NCBI GenBank assembly: GCA_043228905.1
Contig: JBHGNT010000006.1
Coordinates: forward strand, 11,036,001 to 11,100,000
Reading direction: 5' to 3'
Source: Azolla caroliniana
Lineage: Eukaryota > Plantae > Polypodiophyta
Length of the DNA: 64,000 nt
Of the stretch, positions 25,601 through 37,247 are shown piece by piece; position 1 is the first letter of the stretch; every line of letters begins with the position of its first letter. The notes beneath the pieces were generated by a model. It saw only the letters and a program-made list of their open reading frames with translations. It did not search any database and was not told the DNA's origin. Position numbers and translations under genes: made by a program.

Positions 25601-28600
25601 TTCGAATGCCAAGCACGTAGTGCTTGCTTAAGGCTGTAGAGTGGCTTCTTCAATTGACATATTTCTTTCGGATAGATGTTTGATTCGAAGCCGGGTGGTT
25701 GTACCATGTACACCTCCTCTTCTAATTCGCCTTGAAGAAAAGTGTTCTTGACGTTCATCTGGTGGAAATGCCACCTTTCGCTGCTGCGAGTGCGATCACG
25801 GTTCACACAATCGTCATCTTTGCCATCGGGGCAAATTTCTCTTCGTAGTCGACTCCATGTGTCTGTGCATATCCTTTCGCTATGAGTCGAGCTTTGTAAC
25901 GGTTTATAGAGCCGTCGGCATTATACTTCACCTTATAAATCCATCTGCAGCCGATCGCATTCTTGTGCGGTGAGTGGGGAATGAGATCCCATGTCTCGTT
26001 CTTGCAAAGTGCCTGCATCTCCTCATTCATTGCTTTGACCCATCGCGTGGGTCCTTCACGGCTTCGGAAAAGGTTTCTGGCTCCCGTATTGTTGCTACCT
26101 TCATCATAAAGGCGTAATGGTACGCCATATACTCATTGTAGCTAAATCGGCTTACCGGGTCCTTTTCTCGGGTGGATCGGCGGAGCTTTTCGTTTGCGGA
26201 TGCAAAGGCTTTCTTCGCTCCATTTGTCTGGATGTCAAGGCCTTCGAACTCACTATCGAGGGAGTGAGTCTATTCGTTGTCATCGAAGTGATCGTCTTCA
26301 TACTCTGGCATTTTCGCCTTCCCTTTGTCCAGCTTCGGACTCTGCTGAGATAGACAGTTCGTGCACACCCGATGTCATACACAGGTTCATGAGATAGACA
26401 GTTGTGTTGGCGGCTTTTGCCCAGTACGACTTCGGCATGTGCTTCTCGTTAAGCATAGCCTATGCTACTTCGAGGATGTGCCAATTCTTTCGTTCGGCTA
26501 CTCCGTTTTGTTGTGGCGTATGTCGACACGAAAACTCTTGCCGAATTCCTTCTTTTCGTAGAAAAGCCGAAAATTCGTTGGAGAAGTACTCCTTTCCTCC
26601 ATCTGACTGAAGACATCGTACATATCGGCTCGTGGCTTTCTCAACTTCATTCTTAAATTTTTGGAAATTTTCTAACACTTCGCTCTTTTGCCGCATGGGG
26701 TAGATCCAGGTGTGTTTGAAGAAGTCGTCAATGAAGGCCATGTAGTATCGACATTCGCCGATTGTAGTCGTTTGAGCCAGTCCCCATACATCGGAATGAA
26801 TTACGTCGAGTACGCCTTTGCTCACGTACCGCTCCTTCACAAATAGGTGCCAATGTTGCTTGCCGAATTGGCAAGTGGCACACACGCCTTCAATCTCTTT
26901 CTCTGTGAAAGTCGGGAGCCCAATGATGACTCCTTTCGATTGCATTGCCTTGAGCTTTTGGAGGTTGATATGGCCAATCTGCTTGTGCCATAACTCTATG
27001 TCGGTGTCGTGTCGAAGCATGTCGCATATAAGAGCTTGACGTGTCCGGGCGGAACTGCTGGAGTTCTGAACCAGGAGAGTGGAAATAAGAAGATGGAAGA
27101 GAAGAGTGGGAAGTCGAGCCGGAAGTATCTCAATAGTCACGAGTGGTTTGCAGCCCTACCCGTGAAGACAAAAACCCTTATATTGTTCCACCTACATAAC
27201 CAAATTAAGTGTGCAAACACAGATTGGAAAGCCCTCTGGAAGAGCTTTCCAAAGAGCTATAGAACGTCAAAAACAGACGTCAGAATTGAGAGTTATCAAG
27301 AAAATACCGTACAACGCTACTCCTCAAACGCAAACGAAGAAGAAATGCCAAAATAGGAAATTCACTATTTCTTCGAGAGAAAAACCCTTTAAAAAATAGG
27401 ACTCTTTGATTGTTTCCTCCCCCCTCCATGACAATAATCCTCCCCTCTTATACTAAATCAATGTCATTACATGTAGGCCACGTGGCACACACCTAGAGAA
27501 GCTTGTGCATGTGCGTGATATAAAGCATGTGGGCCATGTGGCACACATATAGAGAAACTTTGCATGTGTGTTATATGGTGTACATGAAATACATTACATG
27601 GTTTTGATTCTACAACATTTGTTCCAAAATAATGCAAATAAATCCCTAAGAACAATAATACTAAAGAACTTTGAGTCTAGAATGTAAATCAACTCCAATG
27701 AGTTGAATCAGGTGGATCTCCAAGGAGTGATGGGTCACCAAAGCAAGTCGAGATGCATGGTTGTAGTTGAGGCAGGTGTGGAATCGTGGTGGCACCAATC
27801 AGTCATATCCCTTTACAACATGCACCCCCTCCTAACCTGCACATCCTTCAGTATGTACCAAGTGGAGAAAATTCCACCAAAGTCTTCTTTCCTTTTATTT
27901 GAAGATTTGATGCATGCAAATCATCTTCATTCAATTCCAGAATCAACATGAGAGACATCTTCTCCCCTTCAAACTTCTCGTTTACTTTGTCTTCTAGATG
28001 AGTATCATGTGATGAAACTGTCGTTACCGCTTGTAATTGGATACTTGTGGTTGCCACGCCATGGACCACCTCTTCTTCAACATCTTCTTCCCAATTCGAA
28101 TTAGCTTCCATGGATCCTTCATCCTGCAAAATGTCAAGAACAAGAGAGGCTCTTTGTTTAAAGAGTTTAATTCATTTACCAGCAATTGGAATTCAAAGAA
28201 GAGTTCCATCAAATTCTGACAAGATATATGTTCCACTTTGCCGGACTTCTACCACTCGATACGGCCCAAACCATCGATGAGAGAATTTTCGAATAGATTT
28301 GTGTTGATGCTCAAGGCTACTATCAAACACCAAAACCCAATCTCCTTTTTCAATGGGAATATTCTGAACTCGATGTCTCTTGTCAAATCGATCCTTATTC
28401 TTCAATCGAACTTCTTGTTGTTTCCTGGCAGCTTCAGCTATATCCTCCGGCCTATTCTCTAATTGCCGAATTCGAATAGCCAACAAATCTTCACATTCCA
28501 TCTTATCTTCCCAAGGTAAAACTCCCCAAGTGGGAATCATCCACTCGGTAGGCATAATAGGCTTTTGACCAAAAAGTAGTTCCGATGGCATAAATCCCAT

Positions 28601-31472
28601 AACAGAGTTGTGAGTGCATCTATCAACCTAGAGAGCATAAGGAAGCATGTCAGGCCACATAGAAATTCGGCCATAACATGCTTTGACCAAAGCTTTCACA
28701 ATCGGAGCATGGCCCCTTTTCACTTCACCATTTCCCTCTGGATTATATGCAGTAGTCAAAGTCAATCGGATCCCGAATCTTTGGAAGAACATTCGAGCCT
28801 CATCTGAATCAAGCTCCCCTCGATCTATTACAATCTGCCCAACATTACCATATCTACAAATTACATCCTCTAATAAAAACTTTAGAACGGCCGATGCAAA
28901 CTTGTTTCGGAGAGGTCTTCCTTCCACTTGGTTGAACAAATTCTCTCGAGCAAGAACCAAGTATTTCATTTGATTTCGATCAGAGGGCATATGAACTATA
29001 TACACCATCCACTTATAATGCAACATAGGTGAGTACGTCGGATGTAGCTCATCTCTCACCCTATAATCAGAATACATTTGACATTCAATGCATGATTCCA
29101 CATACCTTTGGATATCCTCATACATTCCCTTCCACCAATACCGATCCTTAATCTTCGAAAATGTGTTGACCACTCCTTTATGTCTAGCCCAATGACTATC
29201 ATGAAAATCGGAAATAATCTTATCTTTCTGAACCTGTAAACCGATAGCTCGAGTTGGAGGATCCTTAACTTTCTTTGCAAGTCTCCAAAGATATCCATCC
29301 TTCAAGAGAAACCTATAAGCCTTCTTCCTGAATAGCCGAAAATCCTTTGGTGTCCAATCAGGGCTTCCTTCTTGTGCTTGTAGGAATTTCCCGATTTGCA
29401 ATAGTTCTCCTTCATATTCCTCCTCTCTAAATTCAGGCACCTACAAACCAATCTCATTACAAAAGAATCCATTATCAAAATCATCCTCTTCCTCCAGAGA
29501 AGATGGCTCTAGAATAGTCCGTGCTCGGGACAACATATTAGCCATAACATTGGTTTTTCCTGTAATGTGTCGGAACTCTGGGTTAAATGTTTTAATATAG
29601 GCAATCCATCTCAGCATGGATATATCTGTAGAAGAGCATCTTGAAATCATTCCAAGGATCGGCAGACAATCCGTCTCTATAACCACTTCCGATCCAATCA
29701 AATAATCCTTGCCTGCTTTAATCGTAGAAACTATGCCCCACAACTCTCTCTTTATTTGAGCATACCTTCTTTGTTGATCATGTAAAATCTTTGCTCCAAA
29801 CCGAATAGCATATCGATCTCCAGTTTCATCATCTTGATTAATAACCCATCCAATTCCAGTCGGACTTACATCCACAGTCACAAAGATAGGTCGACCTTGC
29901 TCATATATAGGTTGTTGCAAGGCTGGTGCAGATGACAAAAATATCTTAATCTTCTTCATGGCCAATGTATGCTCCTCCTCCCATATAAACCTTTGTCCTT
30001 TCCGTAATAACTTATATAGGGGATCAGCAATATGTGCAAAATGTGGAATCCAAATATGATAAAAAACACATGCACCTAAAAACCGTCTTACTTCTGATGT
30101 TGACTTGTAGATATCCTCCATTGCATTGATGTCGTCCACCTTGGTTGGATCAGGTTTCCGACCATAGGGGTCACACAAATGTCCCACAATCCGCACTTCA
30201 GATCTACCAAAACTTGATTTTTCTCCAGAAATTGTCAAATGTGCCTCCTCTAAATTCTTCAATATGTCTTCACAGTCTGCTATATGATCTGAGACGAATT
30301 TCCGACATCCATCCAACCCAATTTCTTCATCCTTCTCCTCTTCTAGACATCCTTTAATTGGAATGTCATCCAAGAAAGGCATTGTTCGATGAGGAATGTG
30401 ATCCTTGAGCACCTTATTCATTGCGTTCATCATATGAGTGACATAATTAATTGCACCTTGTGGTAAAGTACACAATCGAACCAGCCTAATAGGTGTACGA
30501 ATTGTAGTAATATCCCTACTATCCAAAGCAAGCTGAAATTGATCATATCCAGAATACAAATCAACCTGGAGTAGATAGCTCTACCTGCAAAAGATTCTGC
30601 GAAGGAATCTACGACGGGACCAACTCCTGAATTCTGAATCGTTACTTTGTTAACTGGTTGGAGATCTTGAATGAACCTGAGAGATCCGTTCTTTTTTGGC
30701 ACTGTAAACCACCGGTTAGAATACGGAGCATTCGAAGGCTCCAAGATACCCATCTACACCTTCTCTTTTAGCAAGTCAATGAGTTTCGGAATATGAGCTC
30801 TAGGAACAGGAATTGGTTTCAAGTTCCAAGGCATATGAGGGATAGTAAAAATAATCATTGGCTCCACCAGTTGTGGGTCCACACAACCTATCTCTGAAGG
30901 TGAAAAAGCAAATGCCTTACCATGTTGCCATAACATCTTTCGAAATTGGCTTTCTTCAGCTTGATTAAGGAAATCACCCCCTCATATCTGAAGCTTCCCT
31001 TGCGAAGACTCCGTAAACACATGACCAATCATCCTCAGATCCCGTAACATTGGTTCTTCCTTCACCCTTTTTAGCCGATCTATGCTATCAGCTGGCAATG
31101 GTTCCGCTACAGGTCGAACTTTCCGGTCCACTATCTTATATTTAGTATGGACGCGAGCAACCATATCCATCCGATTTTGAAATGTTGCAATTTCAGCATA
31201 CATATCCACTGAATTGGCCGGAATAAAAAATGATTGACCTTCATTTGAATACAAAGAGTTTTCCAACTCTCCAATGGTATCCACAAAGGAAAGTTCCTCC
31301 ATAATTCCCGACACTTGATCATCTGGTTCCAAAATCCGATGTTTAAGAAGCATCACCCAAATGTCTTCCACATTTACCTGGCCTTTACGATTTAAATCAT
31401 GAATAGAAGAAAATGAGATTGCTCCCGTATAAGAAACATAAACTTTATTATTTCCGGAACAATTATTCTCAT

Positions 31473-31536
31473 ACAGGGACTTTTGTTGTCCCGGACTATT
31501 ATAGCCCTGTTTTATAATAGTCCTATCTAAAAATCC
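31473..31536 (-). promoter_or_regulatory. Putative -1 ribosomal frameshift signal (GGAUUUU plus H-type pseudoknot) between pro and RT of C
   Basis: G GAT TTT TAG, then an 11-bp perfect stem GGACTATTATA/TATAATAGTCC. Loop ACAGGG pairs with downstream CCCTGT. The -1 frame is open into ORF 30982-31371. Confidence 0.75.
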
Positions 31537-32880
31537 CGATCAGAGGATACATGTAAACTATCCTTGTTTCTTTCATGATTAGGTCGAATTGTCTGAAATT
31601 GTATTGTCCTTCCACCATCCATATCTTTGATCCGAGCATAGGTTGATCCATCATCCAATACCTTGGTCTCCATGCGGACAACAACCATAAAGGGTTTCCC
31701 CAATATAACTGGATATGTGGCTGAATCCTGAATAAAGAAATGTTGAAGCACAGTAACACCACCGATTGACACCTCCACATCTGGGCAAGCTCCAGATAAC
31801 TCCTTTGATGATTGTGTTGCTGCTCGAATCCTCCAATGGTGATTAGAAGTCATTGGCCACCCTCCTTGCTTGTAAACCTCCAAGGACATGAGGTTGATCT
31901 CCGAGCCACTATCAATCAGAGCCATGACTGCCTCCGATAAACCACCAAGTCGTACTTTCGTTTCTGTAGTTGCCCGAGCTCAGTGATTCTGAGTAAAGTG
32001 GCTCCTCAGAATATTATCTTCATGCTTCAGCACTTGTGTAGATCCTTCTTTCCATCCAGCCTCCTTTGCAGTCATTGTTGTATCAATTGGAATTCGCTTT
32101 CTTCGCATCTTCTCCAGTAAATCATCGTGAACTTCCTTTTTGGAGACTGCCAACAAGTCTCCTAATGGAACCAAGACATGTTACTTTAGAACATAATTTT
32201 CAATGAAAGAGAAAGCATCTACCTCTTGTTCCAATTCAGTCCGCATTCGGGATGTTGGAGATGACTTCTTGGATACTTGTATAGGGTTTGGTTCAGCCTT
32301 TTGCATGTCCAAATTTTGCTTTTCGGATGGAGAATGAAAATCAGCCCTCTTTAGAACTCGTTCATGATCAAACTCTTCCTCTCTTCTCCTCTTCTCCTCT
32401 ACCATCACATCATAATTTGTGGGAAAAGTTGGATCACTCCAACCAGTCCTTTGACAACCATCTTCAATAAGAACAGTTTGAATAGTTGGATCTTGCTTGG
32501 GCAATTCAATTAGTTGAATTGACGAGGAATACGCAGATTAATCTCTGGCAACAACCGAAGCGTAGATCACTTGATGACAATTAGACACAGAAGAAATGGG
32601 AATGGAGGTCAGTCAACAAAACAGAAAAAGAATACATAGGATATTAACGTGGAAAACCCTGAGAGGGAAAAACCACGGGAGTCCACAGACTCCAAACTAT
32701 CACTCTGTAAAGTAATACAACAGGGAGCATAGAGGCAACGACTTCTTGCTCACAATCTTCGCCTAACGGCAGTTACAACAGAGACACAATCTCTGTATCT
32801 CTCTATGTATCTCTCTCTCTGTCTCTCTCTCTTACGCACTGTACAGAGGTTACACCAATAACTCTATCATCATAACTATT

Positions 32881-33532
32881 TGTTAGGAATCAAGTCCCTC
32901 TGGATGGGAAGTGAGAAGAACAGTACTGATGAGCAAACTCGGCTGAGGCCGATAGGCCGAGGCCGAAACCGGATGTGGAGTATCCGGCTACGGAAGACCC
33001 GGTGAGGACCGGATGACGTGTGCCCGGCAAGCGCCGGATGATGCAGGCCCGGTGAGGAGTGCTCACCGGATGAAGGGACATATTTGTAAATATGTTTCTA
33101 AGAATCCATCGGGGCTATATTTGTAAATAGTCGAAAAGTCATATTAGTATAAATATGACTTAGGGCAAACTTAGTATTGTGGTGGTTGTCATTCTTGTTG
33201 GTGCAAGATTAGAGCGCATAACCGTGTACAGAGAGAGAGAGAGAGAGGAAGAGGTCGTTGCCTCTGTTGTAACCGCTGCCTGTGGCGAAGATAGCAAGCT
33301 CGAGGTCGTTGCCTCGGTGCTTTACTATTGTACATTGTGATATAGTGATAGTTTGCAATCTGTGTGCTGCCGTGGTTTTTCCTAGTTGGGGTTTTCCACG
33401 TTAACATCCTGTGTACTCTTCTCTTCACTGTGTCGTGCATTCATTCCCCGTTTTCTATGTGTGTGTTTTTTTATTTATTCTAAGCTCGATTGTGGCCGAG
33501 CGTTGTTCATCGGGAGCGTGTAGTTCCTGACA
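32881..33532 (+). mobile_element. Solo LTR of the same family, inserted in opposite orientation within the previous solo LTR
   Basis: TGTTAGG...CCTGACA termini; perfect TSD CTATT (32876-32880 and 33533-33537). Confidence 0.92.
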
Positions 33533-33669
33533 CTATTAAGTTTGCCCTAGGTCATATTTATACTAATATGTCTTTCGGGCTATTTACAAATATAGCCCCA
33601 GTGGGCTCTCTGGAACATATTTACATATATGTCCCTTCCATCCGATGAGAGGTTCACACCGGGCCTGCA

Positions 33670-33915
33670 ACATCCAGTTCTCACCGGGTCTTCCTTGCCG
33701 GGTACTCCACATCCGGTTCTCACTGGGTCTTCCTTGCCTGGTACTCCACATCTGGTTCTCACGAGGTCTTCCATTGCCGGGTACTCTACATCCGGTTCTC
33801 ATTGGGTCTTCCTTGCCGGGTACTCCACATCCGGTTCTCACCGGGTCTTCCATTGCCGGGTACTCCACATCCGGTTCTCACCGGGTCTTTTGTTGCCGGG
33901 TACTCCACATCCGGA
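33670..33915. repeat. ~39-40-bp tandem repeat, about 6 copies, in the LTR U3 region
   Basis: Unit ATCCGGTTCTCACCGGGTCTTCCTTGCCGGGTACTCCAC. Confidence 0.9.
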
Positions 33916-35053
33916 TTCGGAGTTGGTCGACACTGTTCTTCTCACTTCCCATCCGGAGGGACCTATTTCCTAACAGTCGAATAGCAACCGAAGTAAAATG
34001 GAAAATAGCTTGTGCATGTCGAAGCTCTTCTTCCTCCAAGAGCTTTTTCATTCCTCCTTGCCCAAAATTTGTCTTTAGTGGTTGACGAGTCACAGATGAG
34101 TGGATCAACTGATCTTGTAGAATATGAGGTTCTTCTGCATCACCTCCTGATGCTCCACACACTCCGATCTTCGATGCTCTATACTGTCACACCATAGGCA
34201 TCGAAAATCCCTAGTCGGAAGAGTTTGTTGCACTTGTGGCTGATGTTGCACCTTCGACATGGAAGAAATCTTCCACTCCATGAATTGCTTCACTAGGTCA
34301 TCTACGTCACTTGGTTGTGGTTTCTCCATAGATGCCTCAATCCTTGTTCCTGTCTTCAAAGAGGAGGTCGGAGTAGCATCTCCAAGTCCCTTCGAGCCCA
34401 ACCATGTTCTTCTTTTCTCATGTCGAAGGCAGATGGACCGAATTCGGCTCTAGTCCTCCTCTAAACCTGTTTCAGTTTCACTTGATTCCATAAGTTTTCC
34501 TAGCTCTACCCTATCCACATAGGGAACCGAGCGAAGGAAGAGAACCACCTTCTCTGGTTCAAGCAAAGTTTGCTCCCGAACTGAGAGTTGTCGGAATTTT
34601 GCTTCAAAATCTGTAAGGGTCTCTAGAACTGACCCATGCTTCTTGTCCAACTCCACCAAAGCTTCAAATGCCCGTCGAGTCATCTTGGTGTAATCAGCAT
34701 AATTAAAAACACCGAGCAAATCACGACGGAATGCCTCCCATTCAACATCTTGCGTTTGAAGCTCTTCTTTGATAGGAAGAATATCGGCAACTACCACACG
34801 ATGGAAGTTGGATTTCTTCAAATCAGCAAGAATATTGCAATGTAACATCTCCGCATCGAACACTTGCAAAAATCGGGTCACATCCTTTCAAGTGAATGGA
34901 CCTAACTTCTATAATACCCCATCCACAGCTCTATCTAGGTTCGGACTCCACTCCCTCCTTGTGAGAACAACTTCTAGAATTGATTGACGTTATGTTGCAT
35001 CCATGTTAGAAGAGGTAAAATCCCAAAGAACTCACTCTCCTTGCCGCCCGTTT

Positions 35054-35070
35054 TCACGTCGGGTTCACCA
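35054..35070 (-). promoter_or_regulatory. tRNA-Trp PBS of element C
   Basis: The + strand TCACGTCGGGTTCACCA equals the 3' end of plant cytosolic tRNA-Trp as I recall it (...TTCACGTCGGGTTCACCA), 2 nt from the LTR. Confidence 0.85.
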
Positions 35071-36528
35071 CATGTCGTATCGAAGCACGTCGCGTATAAG
35101 ACCTTGGCGTGTCCGGGCAGAACCGTGGAGTTCTGAACTAGGAGAGTGGAAATAAGAAGATGGAAGAGAAGAGTGGGAAGTCGAGCCGGAAGTATCTCAA
35201 TAGTCACGAGTGGTTTGCAGCCCTACCCCTGAAGAAAAAAACCCTTATATTGTTCCACCTACATAACCAAATTAAGTGTGCAAACACAGATTGGAAAGCC
35301 CTCTGGAAGAGCTTTAGAACGAGCTATAGAACGTCAAAAACAGACGTCAGAATTGAGAGTTATCAAGAAAATACCATACAACGCTACTCCTCAAACACAG
35401 ACGAAGAAGAAATGCCAAAATAGGAAATTTACTATTTCTTCGAGAGAAAAACCCTTTACAAAATAGGACTCTTTGATTGTTTCCTCCCCCCTCCATGAAA
35501 ATAATCCTCCCCTCTTATACTAAATCAATGTCATTACATGTAGGCCACGTGGCACACACCTAGAGAAGCTTGTGCATGTGCGTGATATAAAGCATGTGGG
35601 CCATGTGGCACACATGTAGAGAAACTTTGCATGTGCGTTATATGGTGTACATGAAATACATTACATGGTTTTGACTCTACAACATTTGTTCCAAAATAAT
35701 GCAAATAAATCCCTAAGAACAATAATACTAAAGAACTTTGAGTCTAGAATGTAAATAAACTCCAATGAGTTGAATCAGGTGGATCTCCAAGGAGTGATGG
35801 GGTCACTGAACCAAGTCGAGATGCGTGGTTGTAGTTGAGGCAGGTGTGGAATCGTGGTGGCACCAATTGGTCGTATCCCTTTACGACATCGGAATCGGGT
35901 TTCATGCCCTTTGCGAACATGGCCGATTTCATCTCGTGCGAGTCGAGAATGAACATTCGTCCCTCTCTTAGTCTGCGAGCGATGAGTCGGCCCTCTTTTT
36001 TGATGAAGCAACCGCCTTGATTAAATCATACTTGCATCCCTTGCTCAACAATTTGGCCGATGGAGACCAAATTCTTTGTAATGGTTGGTACATGCAAGAC
36101 ATTCTTAATAAAAGTTTGGTTACCTTCTTTGCTGAATGGGACATTGCTGATATGTCGAATCGGATGCGTAGTGTCATTTCCAGTTTCAAGATAGCCGGGT
36201 TGGTCCGACTCTCGAAGTTCTCAGAACCATTCTTGATGAGATGTCATATGGTTCGAGCCACTGGAGTCGCCGAACCATACGTCTTCCGAACCGGAGGCAC
36301 TAGTTGAAGTAGAAGCCGACATAGAATTTTCTCTATGTCTCATTACGAACATTCCGCCATGGTCCTCATAGTCAAAGTTGGTGGTGTAATTGGTTAGTTG
36401 TCGGCTAGTGGAAGCTGACTCGCGCATCCTCTTTTGGCACTCTTCTTCATGGTAGCCGATTTTTCCGCAATATCCGCATTCGATCGAGGTTTGTTGGCTC
36501 AGACCGGTGCCGTGAGGATTTTCAGCTA

Positions 36529-37247
36529 TGGTGAGAAAACCTAAGTAGGATGAATAAAATGGGGATGTGCAACATTGCACATGCACTTGATAGAATTGTA
36601 AAATAGAGTAACAAATGTAAAGGGAAGGGTAGAATGTAAGGTGTTAAAAGTGCACTACAAAGTTTGTGAAGTATAAAGGTGATGTGTACTTAGGGGCTCA
36701 TGCACATATAGCCTAAAGGGGAGTGCATGGAAGTATAGTGTAATAAGTGGAGGGTGTGGTTGGTTGTGAGGAGAGGGAGTTAAGGCTTCATCAATCTCTC
36801 CTCCTAAGATCAAGGCAAATATTCCCCAATGAAGGAAGGGGATATTTGGCCTCTCTTTTTGTAATGTGCCTCACCCCTTATTACTATAAAAGGGAGTGAG
36901 GGGTCACTTGGGAGGGGGTCGCCATTTTGTTGATTTGGGGTAGACCATTAGGGTATATATTTCTCATCCCTATTTCGTTTAGGGTTTCAGGTTTTAGGAT
37001 TTCGTTTTAGGGTTTTCTTTCTTCTTCTTCTTTTTCCCCTATCGGGGTTTAGGGTTTCGTCTAGTGGTGCTTATGTTCGGCCTACACGGCCACAATTGTA
37101 ATTGGTGTGGTGCTTTCCATAATGTAATAGTTTGATGTATCTTGACTAGTTTAGATCTTATTCTCTTGACTCCTAATCTTTGTCTTCCTTCTTGGTTGAA
37201 CTCCCAAGCTTCTCTCCCTTCTCCTACTCCCTAGTCCAAGACCCCCA
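36529..37247. mobile_element. Probable solo LTR inserted in the gag of B
   Basis: TG...CA termini interrupt the gag coding sequence. Flanks AGCTA/TGCTC match only 3/5, but removing the insert plus 5 bp restores the frame (..RAGA-ENPHG..IECGYC). Contains TATAAA and TTTAGGGTTT motifs. Confidence 0.6.

Larger units (their letters stand above)
32520..33975 (-). mobile_element. Solo LTR (E-related copia family) inserted in the gag of C
   Basis: TGACG...CCTAACA termini; family motifs GTGGAAAACCC..GGGAAAAACCAC and CCATCCGGAGGGACC. Flanks GTTGAAT/GTCGAAT; removing the insert restores the gag frame. Confidence 0.8.
27005..35888 (-). mobile_element. Ty3/gypsy element C (non-chromovirus, tRNA-Trp primed), inserted in B
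   Basis: 816-bp LTRs 35073-35888 and 27005-27820; 4-bp TSD TCGG. PBS TGGTGAACCCGACGTGA. gag ~32180-35010, protease (ALIDSGSEINLM) 31527-31925, RT (LPQG, PFLDDIPIKG) and RNaseH 29441-30936, integrase (TTAYNPEGNG, WFGPY) 28193-29440. PPT at 27825-27836. Confidence 0.95.

Noticed and set aside
33670-33915. CRISPR-like appearance of the 39-bp and 28-bp arrays
   Set aside because: They are head-to-tail repeats without unique spacers, inside eukaryotic LTRs.
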